A DNA stretch of 64,000 bases from Squalus acanthias (taxonomy: Eukaryota): positions 29,700,001-29,764,000 of the forward strand of contig CM059432.1 in NCBI GenBank assembly GCA_030390025.1, written 5' to 3'. A program made the position numbers and the translations under genes. Shown in pieces: positions 50,889 through 63,649 of the stretch (position 1 is its first letter; each line of letters starts with the position of its first letter). The notes beneath the pieces are model-generated. The model worked only from the letters and a program-made list of their open reading frames with translations, was not told the DNA's origin and made no database searches.

Positions 50889-53600
50889 ATGTCAAAACAG
50901 GGGGGAGAAAGGGCAGCTTGGTTCGCCGATGCAGCACTGGAGGCCTTGGTGCAGGAGGCCTACAGGAGACAGGTCCTCTACCCGCAGGGGGGGCAGGAGG
51001 CCTTCCAGACACACTGTGCGAAGGCTTTGGGAGGAGATCGTAGAAGCCATCAGTGCAACCAGTCTTGCCTCCAGGACATGGATCCAGTGCCGGAAGAAGT
51101 TTAATGACCTCACACGAGTGGTCAAGGTGAGTGAATGGATTTTCAAATGCCATATCCCACCAACTGCACCACTAGCCGTACACCCTGCTCAATGCACCAT
51201 ACCCCCATCACTCACCTACCAGCAATCTCTAGCAATCATGACTCATACTTCACAATAATAGCTTCACCTCACCCTCACATACTTACCACTGCTGCAAGCT
51301 TCATACCCACATCTCACACCATGCCAGCTATTCAACCATGACAGGCACATCACCCAAACACATTGCACCACACTCACTGACACACATCCCTTTCTCATGC
51401 GGGCCAAGGTGGCTCACAACCGGCGTGAGCAGGAACAAACCGGCAGGGGGGCAAGCATGGCTGCAGAACCTGGCTCTGCTGGAGTAGACTGTGCTGGAGA
51501 TCATTGGAGGGGCCGTCACTGAGGCCGTGGCAATTGGCAAGGCTGAAAGCATTGATGATGACGGTATTCTCATACCTAATCCTTCTTCTCACATCCCATT
51601 TCTCCCTCATCCCACAATCTCTTCTCACTTACACGCTGCTGATTGTATACAAATGCACATCTTGCTGTCACCCCCTCCCCTCAGCACAACCTGACACTTG
51701 TGCCTTTCTCCTTTCAGATATCCAGGAACTGCCAGCCCCGCCTATGCAGGAAGAAGTAGAGGAGGAGAGTGATGGAGAAGAAGAGGTACCATCACTCAAT
51801 CTGACACTCCCAGGCACCAGCTCAGAAAATGGCACTGCGCGAACTTTAGAGGGTAGTATAGAGGCAGGATCTACACGCGGTGAGTCACCGGGCACAAGTG
51901 GGCTGCAGCCAGGGAGGGGGAAAGGGTAGCTCAGGTACCTGCTCCCCGGAGGACAAGGTCGCATACATGCTCTGCTCCACAGGACTCAGAGGAGGACTTT
52001 GATGGGGTGGCCTTCAGAAGAAGGGTGATGGGCACAGAATTGCTTAGTGCAGCGGTTCCCAACCTGTGGTCCGCGGACCACCAGTGGTCTGCGAGGGTAC
52101 TGCAGGTGGTCCGTGAAAAAAAATAATTATGATACTGTAATAATAATATCATCACGTGTACCTTGTATGTATCATATTCGATATTACATTATTATTCGCA
52201 ATGTAATATGCTTCACAAACATCCTTGTGATTCTCTGAATTTTAATAGTGTGGCGCTTTTGCGTGACGTCAATGTGAACCGACGCTCTTAGAAAATTCGA
52301 CGGTTAGAGCGCGGGAATCAAAAAATGGATCGGTGGCTTTTATCTGGCATGCGTAAGCAAACTCTCTACTGTGGTCAAAATGACAGTGAGACATCAGCAA
52401 ATGAAACTCAGCACAACAAAAGTAAGTGAAAAGTGAGGAGAAAATACAGCAGTGAATACTTAAAACTGGGATTTACTTACACTGGAACTGAGAACGAACC
52501 GTTACCAGTATGTGTCGTGCGCTATGATGTTCTGTCGGATGAAAGCCTAAAGCCCGCTAATCTTCGCCGTCATCTTGAGACTAAGCATGGGGAATACGTG
52601 TCCAAGCCAATTGGATTTTTTTACAACCAGCTCAAAGAATTTCAACGTAGCAAGACAATTATGGAATGCACATCTAAAGGCAGTGATAATGCTAAGGCGG
52701 TGGAGGCCTCGTACCGGGTAGCTAGGCTCATAGCAAAGACAGGGAAGCCGCACACAATTGGGGAGGAGTTGATATTACCAGCGGCTAAGGAGATGGTGGG
52801 TGTTATGCTGGGAGAGGGAGCCTGCAAGCAAATTAACATGATTTCATTGCGTTTTTAATACCTGTTGATATATAAGTTTGACTCCCGTCAGCCATAGGCT
52901 ATGTTAAAAATGTTTTAACCGGCTAGTGGTCCGCAAAAGCTTTTGATGACGATGTAGTGGTCTGCATAAAGGAAAAGGTTGGGAACCACTGGCTTAGTGC
53001 AATGGCAGGCCTGCCAGACAGCCTCTTGTCACTGTCAAGGAGCATGGAGGAGTCCGGCTCCAACATTGCACGGGGCTTTGTGCGGAGCTTGAAGCCAATG
53101 TTCCCTATAATATTTTTTGGGTGCGTGGCCTGTTTAAGGGGCTTTTTGGCCCATTCAAAATACCATGCATGCGCGGTTCTTCCTATTTAAAAGCAGGTGA
53201 GCCGACTGCGAGGGAGCTGCAGAGAGCTGTGCAGCCACGCAGCTTAAAGACAACATTGCTTGGAGCCCATGATTTCCAGGATGGAAGTGATGGGCAACTC
53301 CATGAGAGCACTTGTGGACCCAGCCATGATGCTGGGTGTAATGGGCGCTCTCACAGTTTCCATTGCAGCACAAGCGGAAGCGACCCAATGTCTGAGTGCT
53401 GCAGTGGAAGCTCAGACTTCTGTCATGCAGGCTCAGCTTGCTGCCATGCAAGCTCAGACTGCTGCCATCGTGGCTGGGTTTACGAGTGTGGAAAGGGGCT
53501 TTTTTTTTAAATTCATTTATGGGATGTGGGCGTCGCTGGCAAGGCCAGCATTTATTGCCCATCCCTTGCAGGGTCTCACAGAAGTTCAGCAAGCTGTGAG
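50889..53600 (+). pseudogene. Spliced Myb/SANT-like partner gene of element D, disrupted
   Basis: MSKQGGERAAWFADAALEALVQE...LWEEIVEAISATSLASRTWIQCRKKFNDLTRVVK then donor gtgagt at 51127; next exon AKVAHNRREQ; acidic exon after ctttcag at about 51718; frameshifts and hAT insertion. Confidence 0.8.
52050..52991 (+). mobile_element. Internally deleted hAT transposon, Buster/SPIN/Charlie type
   Basis: 16-bp TIR CAGYGGTTCCCAACCT (15/16); 8-bp TSD GCTTAGTG (52042-52049, 52992-52999); ORF 52433-52858 RKYSSEYLKLGF...KPANLRRHLETKH...KPHTIGEELILPAA. Confidence 0.95.
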
Positions 53601-54814
53601 TCCTCCTCCCCACCTCCTCCTCCTCCTTCTGCGAGCAGCTTGTCTTTGCTGCCTCCGCTCCATCTCCCTGTCATGCTGCAGCGCGAGGGGGACTGCAAGT
53701 ACAGCCCCATGACTGGGAGCAAGTGGTGTAGTCAGAGGCCTTCCAGTAGGAGCCAACGCCTTCCCAAAGTCCAGCAGTACCCCCTGCACACTTTAACAAC
53801 TTTATAAATGTCTTCCAGCAAGCCAGTATTGATGTAAGCTCTGCAAAAGCCAGTACAAGAGAAAAAATCAATTTACCTTTAAGTTGGATGTATCCCTTTA
53901 AATAGCGCTGGTGGGGGGTCCCTCGTGCAGCTGAACGCTGTGCTTGTTTAGGAGAGGCCATTGTTCGGAACGGCGACGTCCAAAATGGCAGGTCGTGGGT
54001 CAATTTAGCGTTGCATGCAGACTGACGTCATGATCTGCCAACTCTGCATACGTCCCGCCCGTGCTATCACCCTCACCAAGATGGCGACCAGTGCAGGCCG
54101 TACCAGAAATGGGTGGAAGCGAGGTGGCCACAACATTTTTTTCTGAAAACAGCCACCATTATTTTTTCCTAAACCAGCCTTAAGTGCCGACACTAAGATG
54201 CCCAATTTCGCGCCATAAAGTGCACAGCATACCTTCACCAGAGGGGGAGAAAATAATTTTCAGAGTGAAAAACAAAGGTTCACACCCTCACAAAGACAAT
54301 AAATAGCAGGATTTTTAATTTTAAAAAGGCTTCAAAGTGGCTGTCATTAAATATTTTGAACTGTTTTTAGTTTTTCCGATTACAACTCCCACTCCAATAT
54401 GAAATTCCCAGATGAAGAAAGGACAATCATAAGGGTCTTTACTGCACTCCTTTGTGTCTCGGTGAGCAGAGATTGACATTGTACTCAAGGTGTGGTCTAA
54501 CCAGCGTACAATGCAGTTTAAGTATAACTTCCTCAGACATACCCTACCATTTTTGCTATACAGTTTAGTTTTTTATTTGCTTTCTTGATTGCTACTCCGC
54601 AATGATTGGGCACGTTCTATCAAAAATGACAAGGGAAATGGGACACAGCAACCAAATAGGAGCAGGCATATTCAATGTAGACAGTAGTAATCCAGTGACA
54701 TCATAGTCACAGTTCCTGTCATAATCGCCATAGTGACAATACACAAAAGTGATGCCAACATGTTATTTGCGGCCAGTGTTGCTAAATCTGGGGGACAGTC
54801 CTTTCAGATTTAAA

Positions 54815-55182
54815 TGGAGTACGGTAGCGCAACGGTTATATTACTGAACCAGTAATCCAGCAGCCTCAACTAATAATCCAGAGAACATGAGTTCAAAATC
54901 CACCGTGGCAGTTTAAGAATTTGAATTCAGTTTTTTAAAAACCTAGAAATAAAAAAATGCTGGTATCGGTAAAAGTGACCATTTTTAGGGAAGGAAACCT
55001 GCTGAAATTTACCCGTCTGGCCTATCTGTGACTCTATTCCCCACACCTGCATAGTTACATCTTAACTGAAATGGCCTAGCAAACCACTCAGGTACCACCA
55101 TCTGCTCAGGCCTACTAAGGATGGCCAATAAATGCTGGACTTGCCAATGACCCCCACATCCTGAGAATGAATTAAAAAAAAA
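54815..55182 (+). mobile_element. tRNA-headed SINE (same family as 30272)
   Basis: Shared head and LINE-derived tail GGCCAATAAATGCTGG...GAATGAATTAAAA. Confidence 0.7.
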
Positions 55183-55404
55183 TAGCAAATACCCCCCACT
55201 AGAAGTAGAATCAATCACAAGCAATTGATTCACTCCTTGCCGCTCCCTCCTTCCCCGGCTGTACAGCTCTCCAGGCAGCTAGCTGCTGCAGATTCCTGAG
55301 GCCTGCAGTAGCCATTTTGAATCTCCCCTCTGAGGCGAGTTCCCTGGACGCAGGAAGCCCGCCTGAAAAATGATGAGGCTGACCCTAGGAAGATTAAAAA
55401 GACT

Positions 55405-55670
55405 GCCAAGGAAAGAGACAGAGTAATCAGAGAGAAGCAGAGACAGAAAGAGGGAGATAGAGACTGAGGCAAATAAGAAGGTAGAGAGAAAAGAACAGAG
55501 AAAAAAGAAAGGGCGGCAGTGAAAGAGACACAGAGAAGTACCGAGTAACAGAGAAAGACAAAAAGATGGACAGAGAGATATAGAGAGGCAGAAACAGGGC
55601 AAGACAGATGGACAGAAACAGAAATGCACAGAGAGATTCAGAGGGGCAGAGTTTTCCAGACAGCAGAGAT
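55405..55670. repeat. Degenerate GA-rich simple repeat
   Basis: AGAGAC/AGAAA low-complexity tract. Confidence 0.85.
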
Positions 55671-56333
55671 ATGACGATAGTGTCACGAGCACCCACTGCC
55701 CCACACTAATCAAGTGCCCTCCCATTGATTCCATAAACTTGGGTGAGGTCAGCACAGGAGGGCCCACACCTGACGGTTACGCTGGGATCGCGACCTGAGG
55801 ATATTTAGGGCCTTAGGCCTGCCTGCCCTCTGGACCACAGGAGACAGGATTTTCTGCAGCAATTGCATCGCTTTAGGAACATAGGAACAGGAATCGGCCA
55901 TTTAGCCCCTCAAGCCTGTTCCACCATTCAATGAGATCATGGTTGATCTGCAACCTAACTCCATGTACCCGCCTTTGCCCCATTTCCCTTAATACCTTTG
56001 GTTAACAAAAATCTATCTTTAACAGTGTTAATGGGGCTGACAGGGGTGGGAAATCAGCTGTATTTTATAGAATCATACAGCACAGAAGGAGGCCACTTGG
56101 CCCATTGTGCCTGTGCCGCTCTCTGAAAGAGTTATCGATTAGTCCCACCCCCCCGCTCTTTCCCCATAGCCCTGCAAATTTTGACTTTTTAAGTATATAC
56201 ACAATTCCCTTCTGCCAGCCAGTAATGAGAAATGTCAAATACGAACACCCAAATATAGACAGGCAATTCAAATACCTATTGTAAGTAGGAGAGAATGACA
56301 GAGTGATATCATCATCACATTTCCTATCATTAT

Positions 56334-56772
56334 GTCAGCTGTGGCTCAGTGCTAGCAGTCTCGCCTCTCAGTTAGAAAGTTTGGGGATCAAGTTCCACTC
56401 CAGCGACTTGAGCACAAAATCTAGGCTGACACTCCAGTACTGAGGTGCACTGTCGGAGGTGCCATCCTTCGGTTGAGGCATTAAAACGAGGCCCCGTCTC
56501 CCCTCTCAAGTGGATGTAAAAGATTCCAGAGCACTATTTCGAAAAGCAGGGGAGTTCTCCCAGGTGTCCTGGCCAATTTTATCCCACAAACAACATTACT
56601 AAAAAAAACAGATTATCTGGTCAGCATCGCATTGCTGTTTGTGGGAGCTTGCTATGCGCAAATTGGTTGCCGCGTTCCCTACATTACTGCATTGACTACA
56701 CCTCAAAAGTGCTTCATTGGCTGTCCTGAGGTCGTGAAAGCGGCTATATAAATTCAAGACTTCCTTTCTTTC
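56334..56772 (+). mobile_element. Deu-SINE (SacSINE1-like)
   Basis: Colinear with the 21486 copy. Confidence 0.8.
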
Positions 56773-56914
56773 TGTTACTATCTCCATAGCAACGGCAAAC
56801 ACCAGCATGCCCAGTATCACTAAGTGGCAGGGCAAGGCCCTTTAAAAGTTCAGATTCCAGCCTGCAGGAGATTAGGGTGAGATGCACAATATATATGTTA
56901 ACAGCAGCTTTTCA

Positions 56915-57476
56915 GCCATCACATTGTTACCTCTGCTGACCTCCTGAGGTCATTAAAACTCATCCTGCATTGGAGAGGGGTCCTGAGGTTTACAGCGTTC
57001 CCACCTGCTGTCGGTGTCACTTTCTTCCTAGCTGCTGTATTGTTAGGGGCCTTGCCATCCACTCCCACTATTCCATTCTCCAAACCTCCCACCACCACCC
57101 CCCCCGACCCCCCAAAACCCATGCCTAATTTCAGTCAGAATCATAAATACATAACTCTTTGAGAAATTTCAGGCTGTCTTCCTGGTTCCTTTTTGATCTG
57201 TAGTTTGAAATTGCTGTTTAAGAGCAGGCAGCCCTTAAGTGCAACTCCTCCACCTTTACAAGGCCTTCCACCGCCTTGCCCCTTCCCCAAACAAATTTTT
57301 TAGGCCTCCTGCCGTAATTGGGGAGTTGCTGGTGGGACGTGCACTTTTGTCCTGATCAGCAAGAGTTAGATTTGCTGACCTCTGGAATTTAGGACAGGGT
57401 CAGCATTGGACAGTTTCGGCAGGTGGATATCCTGAGCCACCACGTTCACAGCAGTGAGACTTTGAATTTAGGGGCC
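56915..57476 (-). mobile_element. Old Harbinger-like fragment with Myb remnant
   Basis: RTPLQCRMSFNDLRR in ORF 56919-57122; terminus GAATTTAGGGGCC. Confidence 0.5.
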
Positions 57477-57599
57477 AGAGAGCTCACTGGGCTGGAGTTT
57501 GCTTTAATAGGCGACACCACCCTGACCTTGACACATTACCCTGGGTCCAGGGTAATTTTTTATACGGGGGTCGGGGTGGGGGGGGGTGGGGGGGGAAAC

Positions 57600-57984
57600 T
57601 AGGGTTACCAACCCTCCAGGATTGACCTGGAGTCTCCAGGAATTGAAGTTTAATCTCCGCGACACTGCTGCGAGCAACCAGGGAGAAAAATCATCGAGGC
57701 TTTAATAAAAATTGTATTTTTTTTCATTGTTTTTGAAGACTTTCAATTAATAGTTATAAAAATATTGGGGATGGGTAAAAAAGGCTGTTTGACTGAGATT
57801 CAAGAATCGTCCAATCGGGTTACGAAGACTCGGTTCAGTTCCCAATCAGTGTGGGAAGGCGGTGCGCTGTGAGGATGGGCGTGTCGAGCGACCAATGGCA
57901 GAAGCCTGGGGACAGGGCGGTTGGAGGCAGGAGGTCATGTGATGAAATCTCCAGGAGTACGTCCAAGCAGAGTTGGCAACCCTA
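57600..57984. mobile_element. hAT-type MITE
   Basis: TIR TAGGGTTRCCAAC; imperfect 8-bp TSD GGGGAAAC / GGGGCACC; right end repeated at about 63600-63648. Confidence 0.75.
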
Positions 57985-59189
57985 GGGGCACCAAGAGAGA
58001 GCCCAGCCAGTGGCCCGACGGCAGATCCCGGCGATGCTGCAGTGCAATCGCCACCACAGCACCGCGAGAGGCAGGAGCGGCGTTCAAAGGGGGTAAAAGA
58101 ACCCCGAAGATTGGAAGAACCGTCTCACCGCAGCCTCAGCCGAGATCGAGGCCTTCAGCAGGTGATTGCTGGGAGTGAAATGGAGCCGTTGCAAGGCCCT
58201 CTGACTCTATCAGGCAACGTTGGCAGCATTCCCATGACTTCCCGGGCCTACCACCACCTTCCATATGGCAGCCCTGGGAAGCCGATGGTAAGGTGGGAAA
58301 TCCAGCAGGGATCCAGGCCCCATAACCTTGTCCGCACCGTTTCCATGGAGCGGTCGGGGGTGGCGGGGGGGGGGGGAGCCGGCAGAATGAGGTTGTGTAG
58401 GAAGGGGGAGGCGAATGCAGGTCCGGCCCGACCTTTCCCTCATTCCCCACGTCGATTTCAGGCAGAATAGCGGAGAAGAATCCGGCCCCATACCTCCCCG
58501 GGACCTCCTTTCACCTTTGCTTTCTTGAACAATATTCAGTGTTTTTAAGCGAAAACCTGGTGTCACCTAATCACTATTTCACAAGGTAACTCGTCTCTTC
58601 TTCTGCTGTTTTCAACCTTGGTGATGTGCTATGCTATTGGCCCTGATCCTTCGCCACAGTTTCTCAATTCATTAAAAAAAACTCATGCCCGGTACAGTCA
58701 GCAGCTGGTAAGAGGCGCCTCTCCAAAGCAAACATGAATCAAGTTTACAGTGCTTTTTTAAAAAAAGGTAATTAATAATTTATCCATAATTGCTGCACAA
58801 TGATTATAAAAGGTTTTGTAAGGTTTGTTGCAGGAGCTACTTATCTCTGTTTCTCAGAGTATCTTGTCTCTGGCTTCCTCCCTGCATCACAGAGGCGATC
58901 AGTTAACCCCCCTCACGGGACACTACCTCAAGGAGATGGTATCAGAATGTAGGTAACTATTTCCTCTGCTTCCACTCTTGCTAGAAATTTAGCAGAGAGT
59001 TCTTGTCAGGAAAGTATAAGGAAGTGCCTGTCACTTTGCCCGGCAAGAGTAAACCAAAGTCATAATTTTTACATTACTAGTGGATCTCCTCTGGCATTGC
59101 TCATAGCAAGTTAAGAAATGCTGGGGTAGCTCTTGATTTTATGCAATAGTCTAAGACAGGTAATAACGAGTTGGCAGCCTGATTGCTGC

Positions 59190-59822
59190 TCCCGGCCCCA
59201 CCCACCAATCACCACTGCCACCGCACCCACCCCTCCCCCACCCCTCCCCATCACTGCCGCTCCTGACCTGATCCCTGATCCTCGGCCCCGATCTCCCCTT
59301 TGCTCCCGACCCAAGCACCGCCATTCCCAACACCTGACACCAACCGCAGTGGTCCCAGGTGCCAACACCCATGATCCCCGACCCCCTGACTCTGACCCAG
59401 GGCCTGGCCCCATCCTGATCCCCGAACCAGGCCCCCAACCTGATCTCTGACCCAGGTCTCTATCCCTGATCCTCAACCCAGGCCCTGGTTCCCCAATCCC
59501 TGATCGCCGACCCAGCCCCTGAGCCCCAACCCAGGCCCCCAACCAAATCTCCGACCCAGGCCCTCATCCCGATCCCCAACCCAGGCATTGAACCCCAATC
59601 CCTGATCGCCGACCCAGGCCCTGAGCCCCGACCCAGGCCCTGAGACCCGACCCATGCCACCATCCTGATCACCGAACCAGGTCCCGACGCCCGACCCAGG
59701 CTCCCAACCAGATCTCCGACCCAGGCCCCCATCCCCGATCCTCAACCCAGTCCCCAAATCCCAATCCCCGATCCCCGACCCAGGCCCTGACCCGCTCCAG
59801 GCCTGAACCTGATCGCCGACCT
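59190..59822. repeat. C-rich degenerate minisatellite
   Basis: Reiterated CCGACCCAGGCCC / CCTGATC / CCCCAATC units. Confidence 0.85.
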
Positions 59823-61254
59823 CCGAAAGCACTTACCTGAGGGCTGCTGCAACGCTAGCAGCGGTCCAAACTTGGAGTCCTCTTCACTGGCAGGCTCTTC
59901 ACGTTTTTGCCAGCAATATTGAAATGAGGCCCGACGCCCAATATCTGAAGAGCCTTGGGCCTCAGCATTCAGAAGGAAAGGGGCAAGAACTATTCCTCCT
60001 GCTTGCCCAAAAATGATCACTGCACAATTTCTGGGATTCTATGTGCATGTCCCCTGAGGAGGTAACCGGACATGAGAAAACCAGCAATATTCAATGAATG
60101 GGACCTGCTGTGGAACTGACACTTTCAGATTAATAAGGCACCCAGCCTTTCTTAACTGTTTAACAAAATGTCAGGACAATTTCATTCTTTTCCATAGACT
60201 CTTGAATAGGCAGTGCTGGGGGGGTGGGAAAAGGAACAAAGTCTGATTATAATCTGGGAACACTAAAAATAACAGGGACGCACATCAATATAAGTATTTA
60301 CCGTTCATGGGAGTTATCCCCAGAGTTCCCCCATCTCCTATAAGGAGATGACAAGATACAAAGTACAATGACAGTAATGAGCCACAACCCATGCAGCTGT
60401 CAAGAGAATGGACATATTTGAGGCAATGTAGCCCTCCTACCCACCCACCCCCCACCCCACCCCCAAAGCCTCGGCCTACTATTTTAAAAGTGGCAAATAA
60501 TATACAAACACACTTTAAAGGAGGGAGGGGGGAGAAATAAAATGAGCTCATGATTCGTGCTCTTGGTCACTATCCAGTCACTCCTTCACTTCTCCCCTCC
60601 ATTGGAAAGCGTGCATCTATGGATGTCAGATGAGGGCATTAATCTTGGGCTTGGTTGTGATGGCCTACCATGGTGGAATAGCTCGTTGATACTCGGGCCA
60701 GAGTTTACTGTTTTGGGAGACTCCCGGCGAAGCTCCAGTGGGGCCTGGAATGTAGCCCTCCCAACGGCCGTCCCAACGGCCTGATCCCAGACGGTTTTCC
60801 TGGGGTTAGGGTAGCTTGCATTTTCTTGGTGGGCAGATGGCTGGGATCCCCGCCTCTGTTGGAGGGAGGGAAATTGGTGCAGCAGGCCTCGGGGGCCAGC
60901 TTCAGAGTATCGGGGCTGGCTGCCTGCGGGAGCAGCTAAAGAGGATGTATCATTAATTTCATGGAGCGGAGGGGGCAGGGGGGGGGGCGCGGTGGATGGG
61001 GGAAGTTGAACAAATTGCCCCCAAAGAACTAAAGAATTTTTTAAATTTAATTCCTCCGCATCCCACCTGATGCCAGAAGGGCACAGGCATTCCAAACACC
61101 CATCGGGGCGGGGCAACTACAGCGAATACCTGTTCCCATCATTTGCTTGTCCTTTGAATGTGCCCACCCATATTTGGGCAGACCACGCCCATCCATCATG
61201 TATTTCAAATGAGAGGATAAACAGAGGCATCTGTCTGCCCTCTCAGATGACACC

Positions 61255-62270
61255 AACACCAATAACTTGCATTTATATAGCGCCTTTAACATAGTAAAAG
61301 TCCCAAGGTGCTTCACAGGAGCCTTATTAAACAAAATTTGACACCGAGACTCGTAAAGAAATATTAGGGCAGATGGCCAAAAGCTTGGTCAAAGAGGTAG
61401 GTTTTAAGGAGCGTCTTAAAGGAGGAGAGAGAGGTAGAGAGGTGGAGAGGTTCAGGGAGGGAATTCCAGAGCTCAGGGTCTTGGCAGCTGAAGCCACATG
61501 GTGGAATAATTAAAATCGGGGATGCGCAAGTGGCCAGAATTAGAGAAGCACTGATATCTCGGAGGATTGTAGGGCTGGAGGAGGTTACGAAGATAGGGCT
61601 GGGCAAGGCCATGTAGGGATTTGAAAACAAGGATGAGAATTTTTAAATCGAGGCGTTGTTTAACTGGGAGCCACTGTAGGTCAGCGAGCACAGGGGTGAT
61701 GGGTGAACGGGACTTGGTGTGAGTTAGGACAGGAGCAGCAGAGTTTTGGATGACCTCAGGTTTACGGAGGGTGGAAGATGGGAGGCCGGCCAGGAGTGCG
61801 TTGGAACAGTCTAGAGGTGACAAAGGCATGGATGAGGGTTTCAGCAGCAGATGACCTGAGGCAGGGGCGGAGTCGGGCGATGTTATGGAGGTGGAAATAG
61901 GCGGTCTTAGTGATGGCGCATTATGTTTTTGCAAGCTCATCTCGGGGTCAAATACGACACCAAGCTTGCGAACAGTCTGGTTCAGCCTCAGACAGTTGGC
62001 AGGGAGAGGGATGGAGTCGGTGGCTACGGAGCGGAGTTTGTGGCGGGGACACAGGACAACGGCTTCGGTCTTCCCAATATTTTGTTGGAGGAAATTTCTG
62101 CTCATCCTGTACTGGATGTCGGACAAGCAGTCTGACAATTTAGAGACAGTGGAAGGGTTGAGAGAGGTGATGGCGAGGTAAACTCGGGTGTCCTCAGCCT
62201 ACATGTGGAACCTGACGTTGTGTTTTCGAATGAAGTCACCGAGGGGCAGTATGTAGATGAGAAATAGGAG
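61255..62270 (-). mobile_element. L2 LINE, RT C-terminus to 3' end
   Basis: ORFs 61473-62138 (NIGKTE, RKLGVVFD, LQWLPV) and 61364-61630. Confidence 0.92.
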
Positions 62271-63649
62271 AAAGCAGATTATCTGCCATTTATTTCATTG
62301 CTGTTTGTGGGAGCTTGCTCTGCACAAATTGGCTTCCACGTTTCACCACATTACAACAGTGACTACACTTCAAAATATGTTTCGTTGGCTGTGAAGCGCT
62401 TTGGGACTTCCTGAGGTCATGAAAGGCAACTTTTGTCTTTCACTTCAGGTGGAAAATCCCAGAACTGGCAGCAGCGGGGTAGGGGCGTGGGAGCAATGTT
62501 CTGGAGATCCCGCAGTAGCTCACCGGCTTTTAAATGGACGAAACCGCGCATGCGCGGAATTTTGAATGGACCGCGCAGCCCGTTAAACGGACCGTGCGGC
62601 CCAAAAAATAAATTAGAGGGAACATTGTGTGGGACACAGACCGAGTAGAAATCCTGCCCTCACGCTCAGCTTTCACATGAAGAATGGCTACATTAGTGAG
62701 GTACAAATGAGCAGCGGGCAAGCCACAGCAGCAGATCCCGTGATGGGTGGGCATTCAAGAGAAGGGGAGAGAAAACTCCAGGTGGGGAGAACTTTAAAAA
62801 AGCAGCAAAAACAAACTGAGCCAGAATAATTAACTGAGAGCACGCATAATGGGATCATACAATCGTAGAATTATACTGTACAGGAGAAGGCCATTCGTGC
62901 TGTAACTTTCTATGATTCTATACCCCTGAAAGTCTAGCAGGTGGTGCTCTCATAATAGAGAGTGAAAATAATTTGTTTTACTGGTTAGTAAAAATGTTAA
63001 TTTTCTTACTGCCATAGAGGCCCTTGAGTCTCAGCTAGGCCGCTCTAGTGGAATCACTGGCCAAGAGCCATCCCCTTGCATTCTGGACTGGCTCCATAGG
63101 TTAACAGTAGAGGCTCCAGCTTTTACTGGGGCCTCAGCATGAATGTAGGTTTCCGATAGGAAATAGTGGCAGCAGCTTTTGTGCTTTTTCCTGAGGACTG
63201 AGCCTTCCCTCCCTGAGCTTCAGTGGTGGGGTGTGGGAGTCAATGAATTGAATTAGGTGTGGTTTTGACTTTATGATTATTTTAACTTGCTGCGTATTGT
63301 AAAATTGCACAAAAACTTTAGTTCAAAGTTACTTATATCGATGATGTTTTTGTTGAATCAGTGGTATTCACCTGTGTTTCTCATTGTGGTCAATACTGTA
63401 GAAACATCACAGAAGTAGTTTTTATTTAAACATTATTTATCCCGAAATCTTTCTATTCTTTTGTGTTTTATCTTTGATTTATAAATTATGTTATTCATCT
63501 CACTATAAAAAAAAGTCAAATATTTTATTTGGGGCTTGGTGATACTAAGACACTCAACTAAGGTAAATGCAGTAATATTTTCAAAAAGTGGACAGATGTC
63601 ACGTGATCAAATCTCCAGGAATACGTCAAACTAGAGTTGCCAACCCTAG

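Larger units (their letters stand above)
50599..54214. mobile_element. Harbinger-type element D (Myb gene on + strand, transposase stub on - strand)
   Basis: TIRs GGGGCTAAATTGG / revcomp GGCGCGAAATTGG; TSD ATA at 50596-50598 and 54215-54217; sits inside a CR1 fragment. Confidence 0.88.

Noticed and set aside
52433..52858. Host ZBED5/SCAND3-like gene
   Set aside because: Truncated and bounded by TIRs and an 8-bp TSD
55230..55767. Hydrophobic membrane-protein-like ORFs
   Set aside because: Translation of the GA/CT simple repeat
59111..59832. Gly/Pro-rich ORFs or a CRISPR-like array
   Set aside because: Degenerate minisatellite; no constant repeat with unique spacers, no cas genes, eukaryotic context
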